This document shows, piece after piece, positions 1 through 12,500 of a DNA stretch of 55,222 nucleotides. Position numbers and translations under genes: made by a program. How positions within the stretch are numbered: the stretch's first letter is position 1; every line of letters starts with the position of its first letter. The stretch spans positions 14,379 to 69,600 of the forward strand of contig MQRK01250361.1 in the NCBI GenBank assembly GCA_001938485.1. Reading direction: 5' to 3'. The notes beneath the pieces were generated by a model. That model was not told the origin of the DNA, made no database searches, and worked only from the letters and a program-made list of their open reading frames with translations. The DNA is from Girardia tigrina. Taxonomy: Eukaryota.

Positions 1-1456
1 CTGTATGGTAAACGGTTTACTTTGCGTACCGACCATAAAGCAATCACGTTTATGCTGAACACTAAGAAGCCAATTACATCGCAGTTTCAAACGTGGATTA
101 ACTATCTGAGCAGTCTGGAAATGAAGTTAGAATTTCGAAAAGGATCTTTGCACACGAATGCTGATATGCTTTCAAGGATGAATTGTGATACGTGTACTCA
201 ATGTTTGACGCAACACGAGGAAGCTAAGAAAGAAAAAATCAAGACGCGTGCACTGGATGTTGTATCAGAAGATGAAACCACAAAACCACTGAAAGATATT
301 ATATGGGAAACCCATCGGATGTTGGCACACGCGGGTGCAAGAAAAGTAGAGTATTATTTAAGAGACTCTAAGAATTTTGACAAGCTGAAAGGTAAGATCA
401 AAGAGATTGTACGTAGTTGTGAATCATGCCAAAAGTATAAAACATATACGGCAAAAACAAAAGAGAACACGATAAAATTAGAAGCTGNNNNNNNNNNNNN
501 NNNNNNNNNNNNNNNNNNNNNNNNNNNNNNNNNNNNNNNNNNNNNNAAAAAGAAATATATTCTAGGTATCATTGATCAGTTCAGTAAATACATTACGTTA
601 TTAGCAATATCGAAACAAGATGAAGAGTCGATAATAAAAGGAATAATGCGGAATTGGATACTGAAATTTGGTTCTCCCAAAGAGATGAATGTGGATTGCG
701 GTAAGGTTTTTGAATCAAAAAACATGAAAGAGTTCGCAGAGAAACAGAATTTTGAAATTATATTCTCCAGTCCATATCATCATAACACAAACGGACAAAT
801 TGAACGACAATTCGTACAGTGAGAGAATTGATAAATGCAACATTGCATGAAAGAAAAAGTTCCGACTGGGCAGAGATTCTACCGGAGATCGAGTTCTCAT
901 TAAATGCCACATTACAGACGACTATCGGGATGAGTCCAGCTGAAATCATTTTCGGAAGACGCATTAGCAGGGAAAAATGGGATGGAAAAAATAGCAAGTC
1001 ATTTCAATATGAGCGGGACCAGGAGCCTATCACGCGAAGACAATTCTTCCCAGGAGATGATGTATTGGTAAAAATAGAATCTCGAACAAAAGATCAAGGG
1101 AGATACGATGGGCCATATAAAGTAGTTCGAAAAGTACATGATAGAAGATATGTTCTTGAAGATACGTCTGGTAAAACATGTGAAAGAAATGTTGAGAAAA
1201 TTAAAAAATTCTTGCGTGCGGGGGTGTAAGAGAGTGTTATTGTTAATTTTTTAATTTTCAGAAATAAAAATTTTGGTTTTTAAAAATTTCGAATTATAAT
1301 CGAAATTAAAAAAAATAATAGAAAATTGAAATAAAAAAAACAAAATAAAAAAATTAATTTGTTTAAATAACAAATTTAAACTGTTGTAGATTAATAAATT
1401 TTTGCAAGTTGTTAATTTGTTTTGATTTAGAATGGAAGATATTTCCCAACCTAACA
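1..1456 (+). mobile_element. Gypsy/Ty3 LTR retrotransposon 3' part (RNase H tail, frameshifted integrase, putative 3' LTR ~1225-1456)
   Basis: RTDHKA, NADMLSR, HHCC (H..AHAG...CESCQ), IDQFSKY, DCGKVF, SPYHHNTNGQIER and GPY motifs; a purine-rich run followed by TGT...ACA; assembly gap at 488-546. Confidence 0.9.
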
Positions 1457-1479
1457 CTTATATTGAGCTTCGAGGTTAA

Positions 1480-1760
1480 AATCAGGCCTTTCAGGTGGTC
1501 ATAAACAGTTGAATTAAATAAATTTAACTTCTCAGCGTTCTCACGGGCTGTTATTCGCCGGTTTGCATCAACTAATTCTTTTATCGTGTCCTTATCAGCT
1601 TCAACCGACCTTACAGAACTCGGTGCATCGTCGACATCAAAATTTTATAAACCAGTTCTGGCACTGGCGTATTTTTAACACATCGGCTAACTTTTTTCTA
1701 GCTTGAACAGCATTTTTACCTTGTCTATTGTAAAAAAGTAAAATATGACGAAAAAGCTGC
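1480..1760 (-). mobile_element. mariner transposase N-terminal (HTH) remnant
   Basis: Minus-strand translation GKNAVQARKKL..RQCQNWF / DVDDAP..VEADKDTIKELVDANRRITARE. Confidence 0.7.
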
Positions 1761-2763
1761 TAATTGCTCTCCATATTTAAAAAGGCTCTAACAAAAACTA
1801 CTGCGTAAAATCAATTGAAGTTTTTCACACACAAGCCTTACCTGTATTGCTTCCAAAAAATATAATGTCTAAGTGGCTTAAGTTTGAAGTTGGGGTCAAA
1901 AAGTACAATTAAATCTTGTCGGAAAAAAACGAAATTACTTTCCGAACAACTCAATAGAATTAACAATTTTATCCTCAATTTTATTTATCCCAAATCGTTC
2001 ACCTCCTACATTCAAATATCAGTAGTATATCGACAGAAAGATTATCGTATTGTTTGCTGTTTTTATAATTAAGTATAATAAAGTATAAGATAAATATTAA
2101 ATATGTTGAAATTAAATTAATTTAAATAAAATAAAAATAATATAAATTTAACAATAAATAATTCCAATTGAGTTAAGCCCAATGTAATTGTCGAAGAGTC
2201 ATCGACTATCCATTTATATGTTGCACGACTTGAGTCAAAAGATGAGGGAAAGATCGAATAAATTGAATATCCTCTCTGATTGGCTTTCCAATCAGATATA
2301 TAGAATCCTATCTTTTGTTTCTTCGATTCTTGTAAAAGATATCCACCACTTTGTGATTTATGGTTTAAAAGAGAATTCACTGATGAAGATAAATGTAAAT
2401 TTCACACATTTAACGAAAACTAATAACAAAAACTAATAATTTATTAAATAATAATTTATCGTGTCTAGATCATGTAAGGTAGTTTGTTCACCACTATATT
2501 GATCCAACTGCTTTGTTCTTATTTAGCTTACCAGTATAAATGTAATGAATGTGACGCCACATACAACACAAACTCGTCGTCATTTTTGTAAACACACCCA
2601 GGAACATAACGGAAGAGGAAGTGATAGTAATATTCTTCAACACAGAAAAGTATGCTTAAATAAAAATTTGACATAATTAATAAAATTCTGCATTCACGGT
2701 TTAATAATATCTCTCTGAGTGTAACATTGTGATGCATTGATGATAAAATCCTACGATTCTTAA

Positions 2764-3005
2764 CCCTACAATGCGCCGTGATTCATATTTGAATCAACCA
2801 TATTTTACCTCAATATCTTTTAATCACGTGATATTCTTTGAGTGTTTACATACTGTGAACCAAAAACATTGTCTATGGAATGATAACTGTCCATAAAGTC
2901 ATAGATGCAATATATTTTGTCAACAAAAATTACAGTTCAGTTTGTAATACTGGCCGCGTGTGTTGCATATATTTATGATAATTAAAAAAATTGCGCATTG
3001 TAGGG
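2764..3005. mobile_element. piggyBac-type MITE
   Basis: TTAA|CCCTACAATGCGC ... GCGCATTGTAGGG|TTAA: perfect TIR and TTAA target duplication. Confidence 0.85.
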
Positions 3006-3331
3006 TTAAATCAATTTAAAGTCTTTCTTCTTCAACACCATTGAAAGTATTTTCTATGATTAAGTCATAACAAATGATTAACTTAATATTGTTTTGGTAC
3101 ATCATTGCTGATACATCATTGTTTGTTCTGTCTTAAAATGGCGTTAAAACTATCGACTTCTATTTGTCTCAATAACTTACAGAGATTATTTCAATCTTCA
3201 AAATAATTAATAAAAATATTTCTAATCATTTCAAAAAAAGAACACAAAAATATCGAATTTCATCAAAAAGAACAAAAATGTATTCATGTAAAAAGTATTA
3301 AAGGAATTTTCGATGAAAAACAATTCGTATT

Positions 3332-3538
3332 TCAACTGGATGTTTGAGGCATAATAAATTTCAATTTAGCGCGCAATTCATCCTCAAAATATGGCATCAA
3401 CTCTTTTACATAATCTAAAACACCGTGCCCGACATAGATATACTTAACGTGATACATCAGATCGGCAATTGTGTCGGAGTGAATGATCGGTATCCCTCTT
3501 TTCACTTGCGACAAACACTGATACAACTCTACCACCAA
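3332..3538 (-). CDS. MED23: MED23 exon 15 (terminal)
   Basis: TTTCAG acceptor; LVVELYQ...DTIADLMYHVKYIYVG...LKFI, stop TGA. Confidence 0.92.
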   Translation of the reverse strand: MVVELYQCLSQVKRGIPIIHSDTIADLMYHVKYIYVGHGVLDYVKELMPYFEDELRAKLKFIMPQTSS

Positions 3539-6500
3539 CTGAAACAATTGAGGATCAAACTATAGTTACGATAAAAATGTATACATAGAAAAATTATTTT
3601 TCCCATTCATAATTCTCATTATGAAACTGATAATCATCAATATCTATTTTGAACGGTACGTGACGTTTAGTCGCCGGATGTTTAATAAATAATATTTAAC
3701 CCTTTCCAGCCCAAATTATTATTTTTGAAAAAAAATTTTTTTATTGTTGTTTTGTTTCTAAGAAACAAGTGAGAATCGTGCTTTTTTGAATTCTAATATA
3801 TGTAGTGTCATCTATTAGACCTTTTAGAAACTATTACTAGGTGTAAAAATTAAATTGGATAAAAGAGATAACTGTAATTTAATTTTTCAAATATGTTGCC
3901 ATATGGTAACAATGAGCTGGAAAGAGTTAAATGTTATGTACGTCGCTGTATGTAATATTATGTTGTTTTTCATTTTAAATTGAGATTTTTTTATTTAAAA
4001 ATGAGTTTTTTTCAATTAAAATTCATAATTTCAATACTTTAAAATTAAAAAAAATAAAGAAAATGAAACAATCTAAATTTTATATGTACGTCGCTGTATG
4101 TAATATTATGTTGTTTTTCATTTTAAATTGAGATTTTTTTATTTAAAAATGAGTTTTTTTCAATTAAAATTCATAATTTCAATACTTTAAAATTAAAAAA
4201 AATAAAGAAAATGAAACAATCTAAATTTTATATGAAAAGAAGTCCTTTTAAAATAAAAATTCTCAATTTAAAACTAAAAAATCTTAATGGATCTTCTAAT
4301 AAGATCTTAAATCTTATTGCACTAGCCTTCGTGCCTGTTGATAATCTTGAAAACGCCATCGACACTTTAAAACAGCATGTGAGGAATATTTGGTGTGTGG
4401 ATGTTTTTGTGTAGTGTTTGCATGTTCAAATGTTGTGTGTTGATTTGGGATTGTGCCTCTCCTAACCAGATGGATTGTCAATATTTAATTTTTTATAATC
4501 TGAAACTAATTTATTTAAATTTAGATTTAATATTTAAATTTTTAGTTTTTATTATTGCAAATTTTAAATAATTTTATTGATTTTATTTTTGTAAATTTTT
4601 AAATAATTAAAATCAAATAAATGTTTAAAAATGAATACAAAAATATTTTATTTCAGCCAATAAAATTTAAAGTAAATATTTTTAAATAAAATATTTTTCT
4701 CAAGTTAGTTCAGATTATAATGAGAGATATTGAAAATTGATTGATGGATTCTAGTGAAAGCAATAATATTGATCATCATAAAGATGATAAAAATTGTGAA
4801 TGTAATAAATGTTCTGTCAAATGTGTGAGTTCTCTTAACACAGCATATTGCGATATAAATTGATAGGAACTATTGATTATTTTTAAGATTCATATCTTGG
4901 TTGGTTAAACAGGGATGGAACCAGAAGAAAGTCGTTTTTTCCACCTAACATTTGGTCACTTTATGAATAATCTCTTGCAAGTCATCCAAGAACAAACAAT
5001 TATGCCGAAGCTGCACACAGAAGATTGCAAGGATAATTCGGAGTTAGTCATCCGAATATATGTAAATTTATTGATGGATTGAAGATGGTCCAAAAAAATC
5101 GAGATAGGATGTTTGAACAGTATATTCGAGACAATATTTTAATGGAATAGACTTATAATTAAAATGGTTATTTTTGATTTTTAAAAAAATTTTACTTAAA
5201 TCAAATTTAAATGTTTAATATCTTTGTCTTTTATTATTTTCACGAATAATTTTCGTAATGGTATTTTTTAATGGAGTAGAGTTATAATTTTCCAGCGACT
5301 AAACGTACTGATCCCATTTTGAAATCGATAAAAAACTACTTTTAAATTAGACGAGATTTTAAAATACCATAATGAACTTTTTGTCTTATTATTGACTTCA
5401 TTTTAATTCACTTGTATATCGAGTAATATAAATTTGTGAAAAAAGGTAAATAACTTCTCGATCCCGGAATCCCGTACTTATTTTCCCGGGATTAGAACCC
5501 ATAGTGCTTACATCTTTTAACGGCCGATGTTGTGGTATACTAAGTTCAGCTAGTAGTTCCCTAAGACGACCTTTTTGCCGCCGAAGATGTTTAAAATGTA
5601 TATCCGACTCAAAACCGGTACAAATTATGGCCGGAGCCGGTTTTGTAAAAAGAGGCGATAACCGGCTCCGGCCGGATTCCGGCACAACCTCAATATTTAT
5701 ACAGGAAAACATGGATTCTTAGTAAAAACGACCTGATCAACAAGACAATAGATGGCAAAATAGATTCTGTACAAAAATGAAAATGTTCCAATATTTCATT
5801 ACAAAGCCGCCAGGGATTATTTATTTAAATGACTATATCAATATTTTGGTTTCATAATCGAGAATGTCACCTGTCAATCGTATTCGATAACCGGCGCAAT
5901 TCGAATAAATTGGTATAGACTTGCCAAAAAATGAGTATCAGTCGACAGGATAAGATTCAGTTGTGCTCGACTGTTCTTTACGTATAATGTGCTGGGAGAA
6001 TTAATGAATCTTTTCCAGATAAACCCCACCAAAAAGTGAACCCCCTCCATGCAAAAAAAATTATAAAAAAGACGATATGAAACTTGTACTTCTATTTTTT
6101 ATTGAAGAGGGTGAAATTGGGATAGGACAATAATAATTTGCATGAAAACGTCCGTATTTCGGCACCTTTGCCTCCAAACGAACTCACACAAGTAGCTACC
6201 CACTGAAGATCGGTGTGTGCCGCATTGACGCTTATTCTGCATCTTGTAAGAAAGAAACACGTAAGAAAGAGTCGATGATTTGTGTGTGAGATTCCGTCAT
6301 TGGATCCACGAAGTTTTCGGTATGATTAACCGTTTGATGAGAATAATTCATGCCAATCATCGTTTCAATTCCTTGGTAAAGAAAATTAACTTTATTAATC
6401 GCCAACTCATCCCGCCCATAAATTTAACAGTCAATGCAGAAGTTTTTACTCGTTTTACCATCAATTAATTTAAATCTTTTTTACATAAATCACATGTTGT

Positions 6501-9500
6501 TAATTCAGTCGATAAGGAAAGAAAGGAATTTTTGACCCTGATTTGTCGCCATCACTATTTCTTATTCTCAAGGTCCCTACAGATTGAATGCAATATAATT
6601 TTTCCGAATTTATCGACAATATTTTTACATATTTACTGGTTAAGTAAATCGGTGTTAATCTGGTTAACATATCGGAAATGACGATTGAGCTGGGAGCGAT
6701 GCAGGCTTGGATTGTGTCCAGCAGAGTGCTCACAGTTCGATCTGGCACTGCATACATGAACACATCCTGCGTTGTTTTTGCGGTGCGATATTAGCGTTTC
6801 ATCGATTTCGACGTGTAGACCTGGGCCGCCGACAATTGTTGGAGTCTGCATAAGCTGCCAGGCGCAAATTTCGCGAAGAAAGTTCTTCGAATAAACTGCA
6901 GTTGTGTGGCCAATTGATAATTCCTCTGAGCAGAATTTGATTGTTGTTAGATTTTTGGACCAGCAATAAATGGATAGAATTACTGTCCTGAACTCCATCT
7001 TAGATCGCTCCAGTCAAATTCGCTTTCGAAGACCGATTTCTTGCCGACACTATCGGGCATTACATCTCCACATGTCAGAAACCGTTGAAAGTGTCATTTG
7101 GTGGCCATTTTTGCATGAACGTTGCTGATGGATCACTGCGTGGCTTTGCAAAACACGTATTGCCGTTTCGTCATGAACGAGAGTCGAAAGAGTTAGAAAG
7201 TTCATTACTGGTTTTACGGGGCTTATCTGGAAAAGATCCTAATTAATTTTCAGCTATCATATGAAATGTCATGGTTTAATTCGATATTATTTTCCAATCA
7301 TCGATGTCGCATTATAAAAATATTAAAAGGCGAAGTCCAGTTAATCAGTTACGATCAGTTTTCTACGACGCATCACCTATCTCTTATTAAATTTTTAATG
7401 AAGGCTTATATCTGTGATGAAATGTTAAAAATTCAAACAGAATAATTGATATTGTCGAAAGTAAATGTAACAAGAAAAGCGGATAAATCTCGAAAAATTA
7501 CTTCGATTAATTTGCCTGTCTTATCAGTTTGCAGTGGATACATGAGAGGTCCGCACATGTGGCAAGCAAGTAGAAACTGTCCCTCGCTTTCAATAAACGG
7601 TTTGATGAATTCTCGCACGTAACTGAAAGAGTTAATTCAACTGGCACCGACCGATGCATGAGAAGATTTACTTGACACAATTTGTGATCTGAGTCATATT
7701 AGCATGGGTCCACATCGAATGCCACAGACATAATTGTACTTGTAAATCACCGATTTTACTATCCGGATGAATTTTAGTTGATTCCCAATCGTCTTGGAGG
7801 AAATCGGAGAAAAAAACTCGTACAAATTCTTGACATTTAACAACTGGTTCTGTGATGATCTTAGAAAACTGATGAGTTGCATACTGACGATACTCTTTCT
7901 GCAAATGTTTGAAATTTTATATTACTTCTAATTTATTAAATATATACGAAATACACTACCTTAATAAATTTATTAATAAATAGAACATATTGTGACAAAA
8001 TATTGATAAATTTCATTTACAGTAATATTATTTATTTTATTTGGTGTTACCAAAGTTTTTGTGACATTTAATAATCAACTGAGACGATGTTCTGACAAAG
8101 TTTTGAAAACATCCTTCAAAAAGACCTTTAAAAATACTTGTTAAAGAAACAACATTTGTAAAAGAAAGTCTTTTGATATTTTATAATTATATTCGAACAA
8201 TTGGTACTGCACTACAAAAAATTTATAACTAAAATATACTTGTAGGAAGTGTTTGTAACATCAATTTCAGAAATCGTTTTTTTCTTTACTCAATTTTTTA
8301 ATATTTTTTTAATATCTAATTTTTTTTAAAATTATATCCTTAAATTAATTTAAAAAATATTTTTTTACAAATAGTATAAACTTTTTTAAAAGAATTCAAA
8401 TTATTTTTAAAAAATACTGTTTTATCTGTAATCGGTTTTGATCAACACATTTTTCTACTAAAATATTATTTTTCTTCAAATAAATTTATAAAGAATAGTT
8501 TTAAATTCAAATTTAAAATCTTTAAGTATTATTCTAATTAATTTTTAAAATTTTTAATTTGATTTCAATTCCAAATAATCTTTATTTAAAACTATCTAAA
8601 TTTTGATCAGCGAACTAAAATTAACTACCTCTTCATAATACTAATAAATAAAAAATTCAAATTCGTACAAATTCATACTTTTTATATGAACAATGAAGAA
8701 TTTGTGCCAAGGACTATAGGAACTGTAGAGATAAAGATTATTAGATCTTAATGACACGTAGGTGAGTTGATGATAGTCAAAACAATGGAAAATGAGAAAT
8801 GGTTAATTTATATTGAATAGTAAAATATGGATTCCTAATCATTATACACAATTAATGGTGAAATCAAAATAATCAGTGATTATTAACGAAAATCTGCCCA
8901 ACTGGACTATGATAAAAAAAACTACCGTATTTTTCCGTGTATAAGATCCCCCCTAATTTTTGGGTGTGCATTTTTGGAAAAAAGTACCTTAATTCATTCC
9001 AGAAAATACATTGAAATCTTTTGTGTTGGAGAAATATTTCAAATATTTGAAAATTCGCGTTAAATGTTCATTAAATTTTGACAAAAAGGGGGTCTAATAA
9101 ACGGAAAAATACGGTAAGTGTTTTGATGCTCAAAAGACCTAAATTTCATATCTTTATTCAAAAGAATACTATAGATGCATTTACACGTGTTATCACATGA
9201 TAATTACATTTTTTTAGAATCCTATAAATACTAATTGATGAAAAATGGTATGAAGTTAATTGAAGATCCTCACATTTTGAATATCTAAACAGTCGTTCAA
9301 TAACGATAGGCTCCCAAAAAGAAAACTCTTTGTATATAATAAATATTACAAATTTACGATAAGATCTTCATAGTAATTAGAATAAACTTGATTACTCGTT
9401 TTCAATTTAAATCTTACTGTAAATCCATTCATCCGGGTAACGGTTTATTACAGATCAATCAAATAGATATACAAATAAATAAATCCAAATATTGTGACGT

Positions 9501-12500
9501 AACAAACACGATGTTAATTTATAATATCTGATATTTCAAAATTACCATAGAATAGCATTCGATATAACAAGCGGCTCAAAGAATGTTCAAAATAATTCTC
9601 TATCACTGTTACGTTTTTCGAGACCTAATTGATGAAAATCAAATATTGCTATCCCTTAATTTTAATTATGATTGCATCTTTCCTTTTATATAACTTTGGT
9701 GGAAAAATTGTTCATAGAACATACATTTTTTTCATAACATTGTATTACAAAAACCATCAATAATAGTGTCCGAATGTTGATTGAAGAGCAACATCCGGCT
9801 GATGCCTCACTCCAGAGACTGACCTCAGGTGATTGGACTGTAAAATCCTGAAAATGGTTGACAAACCTAGCGCAACTTTCTTACAAATATAAAAGCCGCG
9901 TCATCCAACTGAAGCGGTAGGCGACTGCTAGCAAGATTAGATCTATCGTTTTCATTACTAATCGTAAAGGCGACAGTTCTACATTACAATAATTGTAATA
10001 TAAATTTTTGTGACATTGAAGAAGTTGAAGAAAGTACCAAATATTTAAAATGAAAAAAAATTTCAGTGCAATATAAATTTCCGTTTACTTTGTGGATTTA
10101 TATTTTAAGAAAAAAGAGATTTGTTTTTAAAAATCTGTTTGAAGCAAGTGTTTGAGATCCCCAGACCTTTTCCCTTATAACATGACTTTATCTGTGTTAA
10201 GTAAAAAAGTGTTTTTTTTCAGAAAGATGAACAGTACTGAATATCACAATTAGCTGCAAGAATATTTTGGAAATGATTGACCATCACCATTTACCAGTTA
10301 CAATTGGATTCATGACTTTTAAATAGACAAAAATCTGTTTTCTACTTAAAAATAAATAAAAAAGTTTTAAAAACCACGTTTTCATATGGACTAAAAAGAG
10401 GAAAATAATTTTTTTCTAGACATGTGAGAAATTTTATACCTAACCAAAAACGTGGGGCGGATTTNNNNNNNNNNNNNNNNNNNNNNNNNNNNNNNNNNNN
10501 NNNNNNNNNNNNNNNNNNNNNNNNNNNNNNNNNNNNNNNNNNNNNNNNNNNNNNNNNNNNNNNNNNNNNNNNNNNNNNNNNNNNNNNNNNNNNNNNNNNN
10601 NNNNNNNNNNNNNNNNNNNNNNNNNNNNNNNNNNNNNNNNNNNNNNNNNNNNNNNNNNNNNNNNNNNNNNNNNNNNNNNNNNNNNNNNNNNNNNNNNNNN
10701 NNNNNNNNNNNNNNNNNNNNNNNNNNNNNNNNNNNNNNNNNNNNNNNNNNNNNNNNNNNNNNNNNNNNNNNNNNNNNNNNNNNNNNNNNNNNNNNNNNNN
10801 NNNNNNNNTCAAAATGTCAGGCAGAAGAAGCCTACATAAAAAATTCAGAACGATCGGATGAGTGGAAGTGGTCTAAAAAAGCGTGTGAAAAGTGAAACAT
10901 CACAAACAAACAGAAAGACAGACAGAAACCAAAGCAAGTTAAGTAAAACGTGGTAAAAAGACAACTAAGGCCAATTTGGATTTCAAAAGAAAAACTGAAA
11001 TGGAGTGAGGAAATAATAACAAATTGGAAAAAGATCGATGTGGGCGAACTAACACTAAGTCTCACCTTTAATGACGATTCCATTCATGTTAGCTTATTTC
11101 GCTGGTCAATATGTCGACAAATCTCTGGGTGAAACATCACCATAGAAGATTAAACACCAATCAGTTGTGTGTGGCCGAAAACAAGTGGATTATACTTAAT
11201 TGAGATTCCCTCATAAATTCGAACTACGAAAACTCCTTTTTGGAACTTTTTAGTGTTTTGGGAGAGTCATGGAATCATTAAAATTTTTATTTGAACTGAA
11301 CTAAAAAATATTTTAATTGATGAATCTTTTACTTTAACCTAAGATTTTTTTTAATTTGACATAAACATATATGCTAAATTAATAAGATGTTAAAAATCAT
11401 TAAAATTTTCATATCTTTACTTACGGGAAACAAAGCCATGATGCATCCGAAAATGTTAACGTACTCCTGGAATTTATGTCCTCCTCGCCTATGCAACAAA
11501 TAGTGAGATATTAGAAATTCCATGAGCATACTGTTCTTGACTGATCATTAAAATAGAATCTACAACCGTTTGTGGGCTGCTACCACACAAAATCAGTTCA
11601 ATTACTGCCGCATATACAACATGTGATTGAGCAGATGAACTTTGATCTTGTCTCCAATTTCTGTAAGGTAGTGCGATTTTACCACATGACGCAAATACAG
11701 TATATATTTTAGAAAGAAGTTCTCGGCATATTTCTACAGTAGTTTTGTCGTAGTCTACATCTGAGTCGGAATTATTCAGTAATCTCCAACCAGTAGCAGT
11801 AAAATATCGATGGGATGATTGATGTTCATGGAGTACATGATGCACTATTATCTGCATCAATCGACGACATTCTGAACTCCATATCATTTGTGATCGAATT
11901 AGAGTGTAACAAAAATACAAAGGATAACCTATTAAAAATGACATTAAGAAAATATTCAGTACCAAGTGAATACCATAATAAATTTGAAAACGTTAAAACT
12001 TTAAAGCAAATAGCTATTTTATAAAAATATTTAAATCTTACAAAAATTTTCAACCTGAAAAAAGTATTTTCCAAAATTTGGAGCGGCGGAATTTCATTTT
12101 TAAGAGAAATTCATAAAGAGAAAATTTAAATTGTTACAAAAATAATGATGTAAACCCAATGTCGTCACAAAACAGTATAGGTCAATAACGGATTCATATT
12201 AGTTTTGATGCATATTACTGTAAAATATTATATATTGATCTAATATGAAATGAGGGAGGGCAAAATCTTCAAAATGATCATGAAGGTAAAGGTATAATAA
12301 CCAATATTGTTGTTCTGAAGTTGACGTTGTTTTTATTATATCACCTAATAGTATGATTGCAAGACACATTTTGTACTTATAAAGATCTACTTAAATTTGA
12401 AGTGTATCTTATGATTTGAAGGTAAGTAATGCATGCCATGTTAAAATGAATCTACCTATTTATTAGTTTTAATAACTTTTTAAATACAACAATAACTAAA

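Larger units (their letters stand above)
3654..5316 (+). mobile_element. MULE (Mutator-like) deletion derivative with a nested piggyBac MITE and a solo LTR
   Basis: TIRs sharing ACGTTTAGTCGC, ATTTTGAA flanking both ends; ALAFVP, FPPNIW, PRTNNYAEAAH and HPNICKFI motifs with stops. Confidence 0.8.

Noticed and set aside
10342-10895. Long ORFs in the track
   Set aside because: They consist of X residues from the assembly gap
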